From: an uncultured delta proteobacterium
Lineage (GTDB): Bacteria > Myxococcota_A > Polyangia > Haliangiales > Haliangiaceae
Length of the DNA: 64,000 bases
Direction of reading: 5' to 3'
NCBI GenBank assembly: GCA_963848295.1
Contig: CAWKDB010000010.1
Span: forward strand, 4,256,001-4,320,000
Part shown: positions 17,292-27,466 of the stretch, piece by piece
Layout of the letters: every line of letters starts with the position of its first letter
Numbering within the stretch: the stretch's first letter is position 1
Notes under the pieces: model-generated
The model's input: the letters and a program-made list of their open reading frames with translations, nothing else
What the model was told of the DNA's origin: nothing
The model's database searches: none
Made by a program: the position numbers and the translations under genes

Positions 17292-18430
17292 GCGATCGGA
17301 GCCGGCGAAAACGTGCCGCTCGTCGTCGGACTACCGGCGATGCCGAACAGGCCGATGCCGCCGCCGCCTCCGCCCCCTCCGCGCGGGTTCATTCCCAACA
17401 CGGAATCGCCGGCCGGGCTCGCCGAGGTGCCGCCGTCGCCGCCCGTGCCGCCACTCGCGCTCGGTCCGCCCTGCGCGGCGATCGTGCCGAATTGACCCGC
17501 CTGACCGTTCTGACCTGCGGTCGTGTTGCCACCACCACCACCGCCGCCACCGCCATTCGCCGCGACCTTGCCGGAGATCACGACGGTGGGCGCTTCGATC
17601 AGGACCATGCCGCCGGATCCACCGCCGCCGCCTCCAGCGACGGGCGCCATGCCGCCGCTGCCGCCGCCGCCTCCGGCTTGGATGTTCCCATCCTGGGTGT
17701 AGCTCATCGCGGAGACCAGATCGATCGCGCCACCGCCCGCGCCCGGCGCGGCACCGGTGATCGTGCTGTCGCCCCCCTGGCCACCGGGACAACCGCCGAG
17801 CAGCCCGGCGGGGACCGATGCCATCACACCGCCGGCGCCATACATCGCCAGGCCGTTGTCACCGGTACCGCCGTGACCGCCCGCGGCTTGGTATGCGCCT
17901 CCACCTGCACCACCGCCGCCCAGGTTGTCGCCCTCGCCCGGCCGACCGCCTTGCAGGCCACACGCGAGCGGAGCTTGCGCGCCCGCCTCGGCGTCGATCG
18001 TGCCGTCGACTTCGATCGCCCCGGTCGAGGCGACCGCGAACGGCACCGAGCCCGTCACGAGGAAGGTCGCGCCGGCCTCGAGATCAAACGCCGATGCGAT
18101 CACCACGTCGATCGGTCCGGCCGGGCCGGTGACGATCACGTGCGGAGGCACGACGCCGACGGCACCCATCACGAGCAAGTGAGTGTCGGTGTCGTAGCTG
18201 CCGGCCGTCGGCACCTCGATGTCGACCGCCATCGCGAAATCGAGCGCGCACGAGTCGAACTGGGTCGCGAACGTCGTGCAGGTGTCGGCGTCGATCGGCG
18301 GTGCGTCGCTGATCTCGTTCGCGTCGCCGCCGACGAGGACCGGCGGGTCGAGCCCGAGCAGCTTCGAGCACCCGGTCGAACCCCCGAACGCGAACGCTAC
18401 CAGCGTCGCTTCCCAGGTGACGCGTCGCAT
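17276..18430 (-). CDS. Glycine-rich lipoprotein (paralog 2)
   Basis: STGC-SKLLGLDPPVL; GGGGGGSGGMVLIEAP; collinear with paralog 1. Confidence 0.8.
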   Translation of the reverse strand: MRRVTWEATLVAFAFGGSTGCSKLLGLDPPVLVGGDANEISDAPPIDADTCTTFATQFDSCALDFAMAVDIEVPTAGSYDTDTHLLVMGAVGVVPPHVIVTGPAGPIDVVIASAFDLEAGATFLVTGSVPFAVASTGAIEVDGTIDAEAGAQAPLACGLQGGRPGEGDNLGGGGAGGGAYQAAGGHGGTGDNGLAMYGAGGVMASVPAGLLGGCPGGQGGDSTITGAAPGAGGGAIDLVSAMSYTQDGNIQAGGGGGSGGMAPVAGGGGGGSGGMVLIEAPTVVISGKVAANGGGGGGGGGNTTAGQNGQAGQFGTIAAQGGPSASGGTGGDGGTSASPAGDSVLGMNPRGGGGGGGGIGLFGIAGSPTTSGTFSPAPIAWPPS

Positions 18431-18516
18431 GATCGATCTCAGGGTACCATTGTCAGCGGAGCGGCGGGTTGTCGTCAGGCCTGGCGCGCGCGGCCCGGAT
18501 GCGTGAGGATCGTGCT

Positions 18517-19434
18517 ATGCGTGGCGCCGTGCTTGCCTCGGTGATGGTCGCGCGGGTCGTCTGGGCAGACCCAGCGGATCAGCCGTCGGCCGTCGCTGCG
18601 AAGCTGTTCGAGGAGGGGCGCGCCCTCGCGAAAGCCGGTGACTACGCGGGCGCGTGCGATCGCTTTGGCAAGGCGCACGAGCTCGACGCCGGCGTCGGCA
18701 TCGAGCTCAACCTCGCCGATTGCGACGAGCACCTCGGCCGCGTCGTGCTCGCCTATCACTTGTTCGATCACGCGGCAGCGGCCGCCGCGGCGGCTGGTAA
18801 CGACGCGCAAGGCAAGCTCGCTCGCGGTCGCGCCGACGCGCTCGCCGCCAAGCTCGGGACCGTCGTCGTCGACTTGCCGAACCCGACGGCCGCAGGGCTC
18901 GAGCTCACGATCGACGGTCACAAGGAAACGCCAGCCGCTGAAGTGCGCGAGATCGTCAACCCGGGAACCATCGAAGTCAGCGTGACCGTACCGGGCAAAC
19001 CGCCGTTCTCGCAGTCCACGCACGCGTCGGCCGGCGGCACCGCAGTGGTGGTCGTGACGAGCGACAAGCCGGCCGCGGTCGTGCCGACCCCGACCTTCGT
19101 GTCGCGCCGGCGCAGATCGTGGGCGCGCGCCGGGTACGCGCTCGGCGGCGGCGCGGTCGCCATCGCGGCGACGTCGGTCGCGATAGGGCTCGTCGCCCGC
19201 AGCAACTACCAAGCGCAGTATGCGAACCAATCGTGCACTCGGGGCGTCGGCTGCAACGCGGCCGGGTTCGAGCAGCAAAGGCACGCGCGCTCGCTCGCGA
19301 ACGTCGCGACGGGGTTCGGCATTGCTGCCGCCGTGCTCGCTGCCGGCTCGGCCGTCGCGTTTGTCGCCGCTCCACGCGACAACGTGACGGTTTCACTTTC
19401 TGGGGCTGGAGTCGCGATCTCGGGCCAGTTCTAA
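18517..19434 (+). CDS. TPR + PEGA-like exported protein
   Basis: LFEEGRAL..GDYAGACDRF, LNLADCDEHLGR; C-terminal ISGQF. Confidence 0.75.
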   Translation: MRGAVLASVMVARVVWADPADQPSAVAAKLFEEGRALAKAGDYAGACDRFGKAHELDAGVGIELNLADCDEHLGRVVLAYHLFDHAAAAAAAAGNDAQGKLARGRADALAAKLGTVVVDLPNPTAAGLELTIDGHKETPAAEVREIVNPGTIEVSVTVPGKPPFSQSTHASAGGTAVVVVTSDKPAAVVPTPTFVSRRRRSWARAGYALGGGAVAIAATSVAIGLVARSNYQAQYANQSCTRGVGCNAAGFEQQRHARSLANVATGFGIAAAVLAAGSAVAFVAAPRDNVTVSLSGAGVAISGQF

Positions 19435-19480
19435 GACCGATCGGTTTGACACCGACGTCGTGCAACGGGAATGTCCCACC

Positions 19481-20791
19481 GTGGCCGTCAAGAACTACGT
19501 GCTCGATACCAACGTGTTGCTCCACGATGCGCGTTCGCTCTACGCGTTCGCGGACAACAACGTCGTGATCCCGATCTACGTGATCGAAGAGATCGACACG
19601 TTCAAGAAAGATCAGTCGGAGCTCGGACGCAACGCGCGTCAGATCGCGCGCCTGCTCGACGAGCATCGCAGCATGCCAGGCGGCTTGTCGCAGCCCCAGC
19701 GGTTGCCGACGCGCGGCACGGTGCGCGTCGCGTTGTCGAAGAATCCGGTCAAGAACCCGAGCTACGACTCGCGGTCGATGGATCAACGCATCCTCGAGAT
19801 CGCCCTCGAGGTCGCGGCCTCGGATCCTAAGATCCCGACCGTCCTCGTCACCAAAGACGTCAACATGCGCGTGCGCGGCGACGCGCTCGGCCTGCAGACG
19901 GTCGATTACGAGCCCGAGCAGATCTCGATCGAAGAGCTCTATCCCGGCAATCGCGAGATCCTCGTGCCGCCGGGTACGATCGATACGTTCTACGCGCAGA
20001 ACATGGTCGTCGTCGACGCACCCGGGCTGCACGCGAACGAGTTCCTCACGCTCAAGGACGAGACCGGCAAGTCCGCGCTCACCCGCTGGGACAAGACGCT
20101 CGGCAAAGCGGTGCCGGTGCGCAAGCTGCGCGAAGGCGTGTGGGGGATCAAGCCGCGCAACAAGGAGCAGCACTTCGCGCTCGACCTCGTGCTCAACGAC
20201 GAGATCAAGTTGGTCACGCTCGTCGGCAAGGCCGGCACCGGCAAGACGTTGCTCGCGATCGCCGCCGGCTTGCAGAAGGTCACCGAGGAGCAGGTGTTCT
20301 CGAAGCTACTGGTCTCGCGGCCGATCTTTCCGCTCGGTCGCGACATCGGCTACCTGCCGGGCGACATCGAAGAGAAGCTCAACCCGTGGATGCAGCCGAT
20401 CTACGACAACCTCGAGCTGCTGCTCGGTCTCAACAAGACCGACAAGAAAGACGGCCGCAGCTACGCCGAGCTCGTCGATCTCGGCTTCGTCGAGATCGAG
20501 CCGCTGACCTACATCCGCGGTCGGTCGCTGCCGAACGTCTACATGATCGTCGACGAGGCGCAGAACCTGACGCCGCACGAGGTCAAGACGATCATCACGC
20601 GCGCGGGCGAAGGCACGAAGATCATCCTGACCGGCGATCCGTATCAGATCGATCACCCGTACCTGGACTCGTCGAACAACGGCCTCACGACGGTCGCCGA
20701 GCGGTTCAAGCATGAAGCGATCGCCGGCCACGTGATCCTGACGAAGGGCGAGCGTTCGCCGCTGGCGGAGCTCGCGACCCAGATCTTGTGA
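19481..20791 (+). CDS. PhoH-family protein with N-terminal PIN domain (PhoH2/YlaK)
   Basis: YVLDTNVLLHD (PIN); GKAGTGKT, YIRGRSL, DEAQN, GDPYQID. Confidence 0.95.
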   Translation: MAVKNYVLDTNVLLHDARSLYAFADNNVVIPIYVIEEIDTFKKDQSELGRNARQIARLLDEHRSMPGGLSQPQRLPTRGTVRVALSKNPVKNPSYDSRSMDQRILEIALEVAASDPKIPTVLVTKDVNMRVRGDALGLQTVDYEPEQISIEELYPGNREILVPPGTIDTFYAQNMVVVDAPGLHANEFLTLKDETGKSALTRWDKTLGKAVPVRKLREGVWGIKPRNKEQHFALDLVLNDEIKLVTLVGKAGTGKTLLAIAAGLQKVTEEQVFSKLLVSRPIFPLGRDIGYLPGDIEEKLNPWMQPIYDNLELLLGLNKTDKKDGRSYAELVDLGFVEIEPLTYIRGRSLPNVYMIVDEAQNLTPHEVKTIITRAGEGTKIILTGDPYQIDHPYLDSSNNGLTTVAERFKHEAIAGHVILTKGERSPLAELATQIL

Positions 20792-21198
20792 AGGCCGTCG
20801 TGGTCGCGCTCGTTGTCGGCTGGGCCGCGGTCGCGTGCGCCGACACGGTCGGCTACGAGGTCAAGATCCCCGAGCGCATCGAAGTCGCGCCCGGCGCGGT
20901 GGGAGAGCTGTCGATCGAGCTCGCGATCGATCGCGGTTACTCGATCTCGAAGGACGCCGGAATCATCCTCGATGTCGCGCCGGATGGTGGGGTGGTGATC
21001 GCGAAGCACCGGCTCGGCCGCGGCGACGCGGTCGACCCCGATGCCGACTCGCCGCGGTTCAAGATCGTGGTTCACGCCGAAACCGCAGGCGACTACGCGG
21101 TCAAGGTCCACTTGCGGTTCTGGGTCTGCGGTCAGAAGACGTGCCGGCCGATCGACGTGCGCCGCAGCGTCGCGGTCACGGTCGTCGCCCCGAAGTGA
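20788..21198 (+). CDS. Exported protein, DsbD N-terminal-like Ig fold
   Basis: Signal peptide; FWVCGQKTC motif. Confidence 0.55.
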   Translation: MKAVVVALVVGWAAVACADTVGYEVKIPERIEVAPGAVGELSIELAIDRGYSISKDAGIILDVAPDGGVVIAKHRLGRGDAVDPDADSPRFKIVVHAETAGDYAVKVHLRFWVCGQKTCRPIDVRRSVAVTVVAPK

Positions 21199-21296
21199 CT
21201 GTTGCAGCGCGATGACGCGGCCTCAATAATTCGCGAGGCGCCTCAGTTTTCTGTGCATCGATTCAATTGTTCTACCTACATCGGTCCGACCAATGT

Positions 21297-21312
21297 CGGT
21301 ACGCGACTTGCG
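21297..21312 (+). promoter_or_regulatory. Sigma54 (-24/-12) promoter
   Basis: CGGTACGCGACTTGCG just upstream of the glycoside hydrolase start. Confidence 0.5.
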
Positions 21313-21324
21313 ATGTGGGTGGTC

Positions 21325-22803
21325 ATGATGAAATCCACCATCGTTGCGCTCGCGCTCTTGGGCTGTCACGGCGCCGGGCCCGCGACCGTCGTCGACGGAA
21401 CCCCGGCGGACACGGGGATCGCGGACGGCCGACCCGACGGTGCCCCGGCTCCGAGCGGCGTCACGCCCGACTTCTTCGGCATCCACGTCAACCAATCGAT
21501 CTCACCATGGCCCGACACGACGATGCCGTTCGGTGGCTATCGCAGCCACAGTAGCCAAATCATGTGGGCGAACATCAACAACGCCCCCGACACCGCCGAG
21601 GGCGTTCCCACCTACAACTGGACGAAGTTCGACGCGTGGATCGCCAAGGCCGAAGCCGGCGGGCAGGACGTGCTCTACACCGTGTACGCGACGCCGCCGT
21701 GGGCGTCATCGAACCTCGGGGCGAACGGCATGGACGGCACGGCGTGCACCTTCGATGACACGTCGAAGAAGGACTACATCGGTCCGGGCATCTGCGACGC
21801 CCCGAACGACATCGCCGCGGACGGCACCGGCACCGACCAACACTTCATCAACTTCGTCACCGCGTTGGTGACGCGGTCGTGCCTCGTCGACGTGACGAAT
21901 CCCGCGAGCGGTAGTCGGTGCGACGGCGTCCAGTCCGGACGGATTCGCTACTACGAGCTATGGAACGAGCCGAACATCACGGGCGAGTGGAACGGCACGA
22001 ACGCGCAGATGCTGCGGATGGCCAAGGATCTATGGACGACGGTCAAGGCGATCGATCCGACCGCGCTCGTCACGACGCCGGCGAGCACCGCGACGATCGT
22101 GAACCCACCGAACGGCAACCACTGGCTCGATCCGTACCTGCAACTCGGCGGCGGCGACTACGCCGACATCATCGCGTTTCACGGCTACGTGCTGGTCAAT
22201 CAACCCGCGTGCCCGGCCCCCGACTGCATCGATCCCGAGGACGTCGACAGCGTGATCACCGCGATCGCGACCGTCGCAACCGCCGACGGGCAGGGCGGCA
22301 AGCCGCTGTTCGATACCGAAGGCAGCTGGGGCGGCGTGCAGCCGGGCAAGCCGCTACCCACCGACCCCGATCTGCAGGCGGCCTACGTCGGCCGGTTCTA
22401 CCTGCTCCAGCTCGGTCGCGGCATCGCGCGGTTCTACTGGTTCGCGTGGGACATCACGACCTCGGGGTACTTCTACGATCCCGACACGCAGATGATGAAC
22501 ACCGCGGCTGCGACAGCCTATCAACAAGTCCACGACTGGGCGATCGGCAACACGTTCGGCGCATGTAGCGCGACCGGCACGGTTTGGACCTGCCCGATCA
22601 ACGGTCCGGCGGGCTATCAAGCGCTCGCGGTGTGGGACGCGGCGCAACCGTGCAGCGCCGGCACGTGCTCGCAGACGGCGTTCACCGCGCCGGCGCCGTT
22701 CGTGCGCGCGCGAGACCTGAGCGGCGGAGCGCAGGTCATCTCCGGCGGCACCGTGCAGATCAGCGCGAAGCCGATCCTGCTCGATAACGTCGCGGTCGAG
22801 TGA
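21325..22803 (+). CDS. Clan GH-A glycoside hydrolase lipoprotein (GH39/GH5-like)
   Basis: Lipobox LLGC; YYELWNEPN (acid/base), IAFHGY, LFDTEGSWG (nucleophile). Confidence 0.8.
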   Translation: MMKSTIVALALLGCHGAGPATVVDGTPADTGIADGRPDGAPAPSGVTPDFFGIHVNQSISPWPDTTMPFGGYRSHSSQIMWANINNAPDTAEGVPTYNWTKFDAWIAKAEAGGQDVLYTVYATPPWASSNLGANGMDGTACTFDDTSKKDYIGPGICDAPNDIAADGTGTDQHFINFVTALVTRSCLVDVTNPASGSRCDGVQSGRIRYYELWNEPNITGEWNGTNAQMLRMAKDLWTTVKAIDPTALVTTPASTATIVNPPNGNHWLDPYLQLGGGDYADIIAFHGYVLVNQPACPAPDCIDPEDVDSVITAIATVATADGQGGKPLFDTEGSWGGVQPGKPLPTDPDLQAAYVGRFYLLQLGRGIARFYWFAWDITTSGYFYDPDTQMMNTAAATAYQQVHDWAIGNTFGACSATGTVWTCPINGPAGYQALAVWDAAQPCSAGTCSQTAFTAPAPFVRARDLSGGAQVISGGTVQISAKPILLDNVAVE

Positions 22804-22826
22804 CGGCGTGCTACGCCTCGCGTGCG

Positions 22827-23507
22827 ATGACCACCACCGAGACCTGGACCGCCGTCGATCAGTTCTTCGAGCAACGCTTCGTCACTCCGAACGATCGCGA
22901 CCGCGTGCTCGCCACCGCGCTCGAAGAGAGCACGAAGGCCGGGCTACCCGCGATCGCCGTGTCGCCCAGCCAAGGCAAGTTGCTCGAGCTGTTCGTTCGC
23001 ATGCAACACGCGATGCGCGTGCTCGAGGTCGGCACGCTCGGCGGCTACAGCGCGATCTGCATGGCCGGCGCGCTACCCGCGGGCGGGACGCTCGTCACCC
23101 TCGAGCTCGACCCGCATCACGTCGAGGTCGCGAGACGGAACGTCGCGCGCGCCGGGCTCGCAGCGGTGGTCGACATTCGCGTCGGCGCCGCGCTCGATTC
23201 GCTGGCGCAGCTGGTCGCCGCGAAGGGCGCGCCGTTCGACCTCGTGTTCATCGACGCCGACAAGCCGAACAACCCGAGCTACGTCAAGCGCGCGCTCGAG
23301 CTGGTCCGGATCGGTAGCGTGATCATCGTCGACAACGTCGTGCGCAACGGCCGCGTCGCCGATCCGAAAGATACCGATCCGCGAGTCCTCGGCAGCCGCG
23401 ACTGCCTCGATCTGCTCGGCGCCGAGCCCCGGCTGCGCGCGACCGCGATTCAGACCGTCGGCAGCAAGGGCTACGACGGCTTCGCGATCGCGTACGTGGT
23501 CGCGTAG
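22827..23507 (+). CDS. O-methyltransferase (Methyltransf_3)
   Basis: VLEVGTLGGYS, FDLVFIDADK, VDNVVRNG, KGYDGF. Confidence 0.92.
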   Translation: MTTTETWTAVDQFFEQRFVTPNDRDRVLATALEESTKAGLPAIAVSPSQGKLLELFVRMQHAMRVLEVGTLGGYSAICMAGALPAGGTLVTLELDPHHVEVARRNVARAGLAAVVDIRVGAALDSLAQLVAAKGAPFDLVFIDADKPNNPSYVKRALELVRIGSVIIVDNVVRNGRVADPKDTDPRVLGSRDCLDLLGAEPRLRATAIQTVGSKGYDGFAIAYVVA

Positions 23508-23565
23508 CGTATCGCCGGCGGCTCAGACGACCTAGCTCGGGGCCTAAACGTGCTATCAGGCGCGG

Positions 23566-24795
23566 ATGGAGTTCCAGCAGCTGGGTCTGATCCCGGCGAT
23601 TTCGAAGGCAGTTGCGGCACAGGGCTACGTCAACCCGACCCCGATCCAGCAAAAAGCCATCCCGCACGTGCTCGCCGGCCGCGACCTGCTCGGGCTCGCT
23701 CAAACCGGCACCGGCAAGACCGCCGCGTTCGCGTTGCCGATCTTGCAGCGGCTCGCCGAGCGGGCACCGCAGACGAACCGCCGCGCGATCCGTTGCCTCG
23801 TGCTGACGCCGACGCGCGAGCTCGCGTCGCAGATCGGCGAGAGCTTCACGGTCTACGGCGCGCATCTCCCGCTGCGCGTCACCGTGATCTTCGGCGGGGT
23901 CGGCTTCGATGCGCAGCGCCAGGCGTTGCGCAACGGCATCGACATTCTGGTCGCGACGCCCGGCCGGTTGCTCGATCTGATGGGCCAGGGCCTCGTCGAT
24001 CTCAAGTCGCTCGAGATGTTCGTGCTCGACGAAGCCGATCGCATGCTCGATATGGGGTTCATCCACGACGTCAAGCGCGTGATCCAGGCGCTGCCGGCGA
24101 AGCGCCAGACCCTGTTCTTCTCGGCGACGATGCCTCCCGAGGCCCAAGAGCTCGCGGATCGCTTGCTGCACCAGCCCGAGACGGTCGCGGTCGCGCCGCC
24201 GTCGACCACGGTCGAGAAGGTCGAGCAAGAGGTGTTCTTCGTCGAGAAGGCGGACAAGCGCGCGCTGCTCGTCGACGTCATGCGCGACAAGACGATGACC
24301 CGCGTGCTCGTGTTCTCGCGGACGAAGCACGGCGCGAACAAGATCGCCGAGCATCTCGTCAAGGCGAACATCAGCGCCGAGGCGATCCACGGCAACAAGT
24401 CGCAGAGTGCACGCGAGCGCGCGCTCGCGAACTTCAAGGCCGGCAAGATCCGCGTCATGGTCGCGACCGACATCGCGGCGCGCGGCATCGACATCGACGA
24501 CGTCAGCCACGTCGTCAACTTCGACGTCCCCGAGGTGCCCGAGACCTACGTCCATCGCATCGGCCGGACCGCGCGTGCCGGCGCGGCTGGCATGGCGATG
24601 ACGTTCGTCGAGGCCGACGAGCGCGCCGATTGGCGCAGCATCTTGAAGCTCGTGCGCCAGGACATCCCGATCGTCGAGAACCATCCCTACGAGTCGACGC
24701 TACCGCTCAACGTCACGCCTCCGCGTCCGACGATGCAGCAGCGCAACGGTGGCCGCGGTGGCGACCGGCGCGGCGGCTTTCGCCGGCATCGCTAG
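23566..24795 (+). CDS. rhlE: DEAD-box RNA helicase (RhlE-like)
   Basis: [31 protein letters not shown]. Confidence 0.92.
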   Translation: MEFQQLGLIPAISKAVAAQGYVNPTPIQQKAIPHVLAGRDLLGLAQTGTGKTAAFALPILQRLAERAPQTNRRAIRCLVLTPTRELASQIGESFTVYGAHLPLRVTVIFGGVGFDAQRQALRNGIDILVATPGRLLDLMGQGLVDLKSLEMFVLDEADRMLDMGFIHDVKRVIQALPAKRQTLFFSATMPPEAQELADRLLHQPETVAVAPPSTTVEKVEQEVFFVEKADKRALLVDVMRDKTMTRVLVFSRTKHGANKIAEHLVKANISAEAIHGNKSQSARERALANFKAGKIRVMVATDIAARGIDIDDVSHVVNFDVPEVPETYVHRIGRTARAGAAGMAMTFVEADERADWRSILKLVRQDIPIVENHPYESTLPLNVTPPRPTMQQRNGGRGGDRRGGFRRHR

Positions 24796-24884
24796 GCTCG
24801 GCGCGTTCGCACACATCGCGCTACATGGCTGCGCTCGCATCGTGCGCTTGAGTCGAAGCCACGAACCGGTGCAAGCTGGGGGAA

Positions 24885-27047
24885 GTGCGCGCGGTAGTCA
24901 TTCTCGGGCTCGTGGTCACCGCCGGTTGCGGCCGGCTCGGCTTCGATGCCGAGGGCGGCGGCGGCGGCGGGTCGAACAGTGGACCCGATGGCGGCACTGG
25001 TCCGGTCGGGCCTTACCGCACCGTCACGACGAGCGGCTCGTCGGCGTGCGCGATCGGCAGCGACGACTCGCTGTGGTGCTGGGGCGAAGATCCGGCGAGC
25101 ACCACCACGTTCTTGCAACCGACGCAGATCCCCGGGGCGTGGAGCGACGTCACGCTCGCCCATTCGTGGGCGGATCACGCGTGCGGCATCCAGACCGATG
25201 GATCGCTGTGGTGCTGGGGCAGCGACGCGTACGGAATGCTCGGCGACAACGCCGCGGGCGACAGCGAGCAACCGGTCCACATCGGCAGCGCGGCGTGGAC
25301 GAGCGTGAGCGCGAGCGGGATCTCGACGTGCGGCATCCAGCGCGATCAGTCGCTGTGGTGCTGGGGACAGGACACGTACGGTCAACTCGGCGACGGCCAG
25401 ACCGGTGGCGAGCAAGACGTGCCGGAGCAGGTCGCCGGCAGTTGGGCCTCGGTCTCGGTCGGCGACGGCTACGCATGCGCGGTCGGAACCGACAGCTCGC
25501 TGTGGTGCTGGGGCGACGACTGGGCCGGCCAGCTCGGCAACGGGCTCAGCGAGAACAACGCGAATCGCACCCAGGTCGCGGGCAGCTGGCTCGCGGTTTC
25601 GGCCTCGAGCACCGACGATCACACCTGCGCGATCGCGACCGACCACGGCGTGTGGTGCTGGGGGAACAACGACGCCGGGGAGCTCGGCACGGGCGACACC
25701 AGTTGCCAGTACTCGCCGGTCGCGACCGGGATCCAGGCCTCGATGATCACGGTCGGCGATGAGCATAGCTGCGCCCTCGAGACCGGCGGCGCCGTGTGGT
25801 GCTGGGGACAGGCCAGTCACGGCGAGCTCGCAACGGCCTCGTCGACCGAGGCGCTCGCGCCCGCGCACGTCAGCGACGGGCAATGGGTCTCGGCGGCTGA
25901 CGATCAGACGTGCATCATCGACCCGACCGGCCACGTGCAGTGCACCGGCCGCGACGACCTCGGCCAGCTCGGCGCGACAATCGCGGCGCCCGGCGAGGTC
26001 GACGTTCCGACGCGAGCCGACACGCGCACCGACTGGACCTCGATCTCCGCCGGCGGCACGCACGTGTGCGGCAGCGCGGGCGGCGCGTACTACTGCTGGG
26101 GGTTCAACAGCGAGGGCGAGCTCGGCGACGGCACGCTGTTAGACCGCCAGGCGCCGGTCGCACTCGGCGGCAGCTCGGGCATGGTCACGCTCGTCGCCGG
26201 CGAGCACGCCACGATCGGGCTCAAGGCCGACTCGACCGCCTGGTTGTGGGGAGGTGACGACGCCGCGGGGGCCGACTACGATAGCGGCGAACAGCTCGCG
26301 GGATCTGGCTGGAGCGGGCCGGCGGTCGGCGACGAGCACGCGTGCGGCCTGCAAGGCACCGCGCTGACGTGTCGCGGGGACGATTCGTACGGCCAGCTCG
26401 GCGACGGCAACACGAGCGGGACGTCGACCGGCGCCGCGGTGCCGGGCACGTGGCTCGCGGTCGCCGCGGGCGGCGATGCGACGTGCGCGCTCTCGACGAC
26501 GCACGCGCTCTCGTGTTGGGGCGACGACAGCGCCGGCCAGGTCGGTAACCCGTCGGGCGGTGTGTTCGCGACCCCGCAGGCCATCGCGGTGACCCAGCCG
26601 ACGTGGGTCGGCGTCGGCGGCTCGTTTGCGTGCGCGATCGACAGCGCCGGCCAGCTGTGGTGTTGGGGATCGAATTCGTGCGGCCAGCTCGGTAACGGCA
26701 CGAGGAGCGACGACGCCATCGGATCGGCGCCCCCGGTCGCGGCGGGAACGCGCACGGACTGGCTCGAGGTCTCGCTCGGCGACCAGCACGCATGCGCGAT
26801 CCCCAGCGATCACAGCTTGTGGTGCTGGGGCCACGGTGGCGAGGGCGCCGTCGGCAACCCTGATCTCGACGATCTCACCGAGCCGACGCAGATCGGAACG
26901 GACGCCGACTGGGCCCATGTCGCGGCTGGCGATGACTTCACGTGCGCGCTCAAGACCGACGGCACGCGCTGGTGCTTTGGCTCGAACGACAACGGCGAGC
27001 TGGGCAATGGCCTCGCGTGGAACGCCGGGTTCGTGCCGGTCCTATAA
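24885..27047 (+). CDS. RCC1-repeat lipoprotein (probably two propellers)
   Basis: TAGC-GRLGFD; more than ten LWCWG...GQLG repeats. Confidence 0.88.
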   Translation: MRAVVILGLVVTAGCGRLGFDAEGGGGGGSNSGPDGGTGPVGPYRTVTTSGSSACAIGSDDSLWCWGEDPASTTTFLQPTQIPGAWSDVTLAHSWADHACGIQTDGSLWCWGSDAYGMLGDNAAGDSEQPVHIGSAAWTSVSASGISTCGIQRDQSLWCWGQDTYGQLGDGQTGGEQDVPEQVAGSWASVSVGDGYACAVGTDSSLWCWGDDWAGQLGNGLSENNANRTQVAGSWLAVSASSTDDHTCAIATDHGVWCWGNNDAGELGTGDTSCQYSPVATGIQASMITVGDEHSCALETGGAVWCWGQASHGELATASSTEALAPAHVSDGQWVSAADDQTCIIDPTGHVQCTGRDDLGQLGATIAAPGEVDVPTRADTRTDWTSISAGGTHVCGSAGGAYYCWGFNSEGELGDGTLLDRQAPVALGGSSGMVTLVAGEHATIGLKADSTAWLWGGDDAAGADYDSGEQLAGSGWSGPAVGDEHACGLQGTALTCRGDDSYGQLGDGNTSGTSTGAAVPGTWLAVAAGGDATCALSTTHALSCWGDDSAGQVGNPSGGVFATPQAIAVTQPTWVGVGGSFACAIDSAGQLWCWGSNSCGQLGNGTRSDDAIGSAPPVAAGTRTDWLEVSLGDQHACAIPSDHSLWCWGHGGEGAVGNPDLDDLTEPTQIGTDADWAHVAAGDDFTCALKTDGTRWCFGSNDNGELGNGLAWNAGFVPVL

Positions 27048-27052
27048 CGTCG

Positions 27053-27448
27053 CTAGACGAACCGGTGGACGATCAGGCCGTTGCCGGACGCGGCGACCTC
27101 GGCGACGAACACGCGCAAGCGATCGACCGCCTCGGGCGGCATCGCCATGCGCGCGATCGCGATCAAGATCTTGGTGACGAGCTCGGGCGAGAAGTAGCGG
27201 CCCGACGAGCGCTCCCCGTCGTCGAACGCGGGCACCGCCGCGCCGCCGTCGACCATGAAGCTCAACGGATGGTCGCCCTCGTGCCCGCCGAGCAGCGCGT
27301 GCACGTTCGACCAGGCATTGCCGAGCGCGAGCGTGTGCGGTCGATGTACGCCGGAGATCTTCGAGCTGACATCGTCGTACTTGGGCAACGTCATGTCGGT
27401 CGCGCCGTCGAGCTCGCCGGCCGAGATCGCGAACAACGTGCAGTTCAC
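27053..27448 (-). CDS. Hypothetical protein, DUF1877/YfbM-like
   Basis: LALGNAWSNVHALLGG..HPLSF resembles the DUF1877 core. Confidence 0.55.
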   Translation of the reverse strand: MNCTLFAISAGELDGATDMTLPKYDDVSSKISGVHRPHTLALGNAWSNVHALLGGHEGDHPLSFMVDGGAAVPAFDDGERSSGRYFSPELVTKILIAIARMAMPPEAVDRLRVFVAEVAASGNGLIVHRFV

Positions 27449-27466
27449 GACCCCATCGTAGCGCTG

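Noticed and set aside
19481..20791. PIN toxin of a toxin-antitoxin system
   Set aside because: Standard PIN-PhoH fusion with no adjacent antitoxin-like gene.
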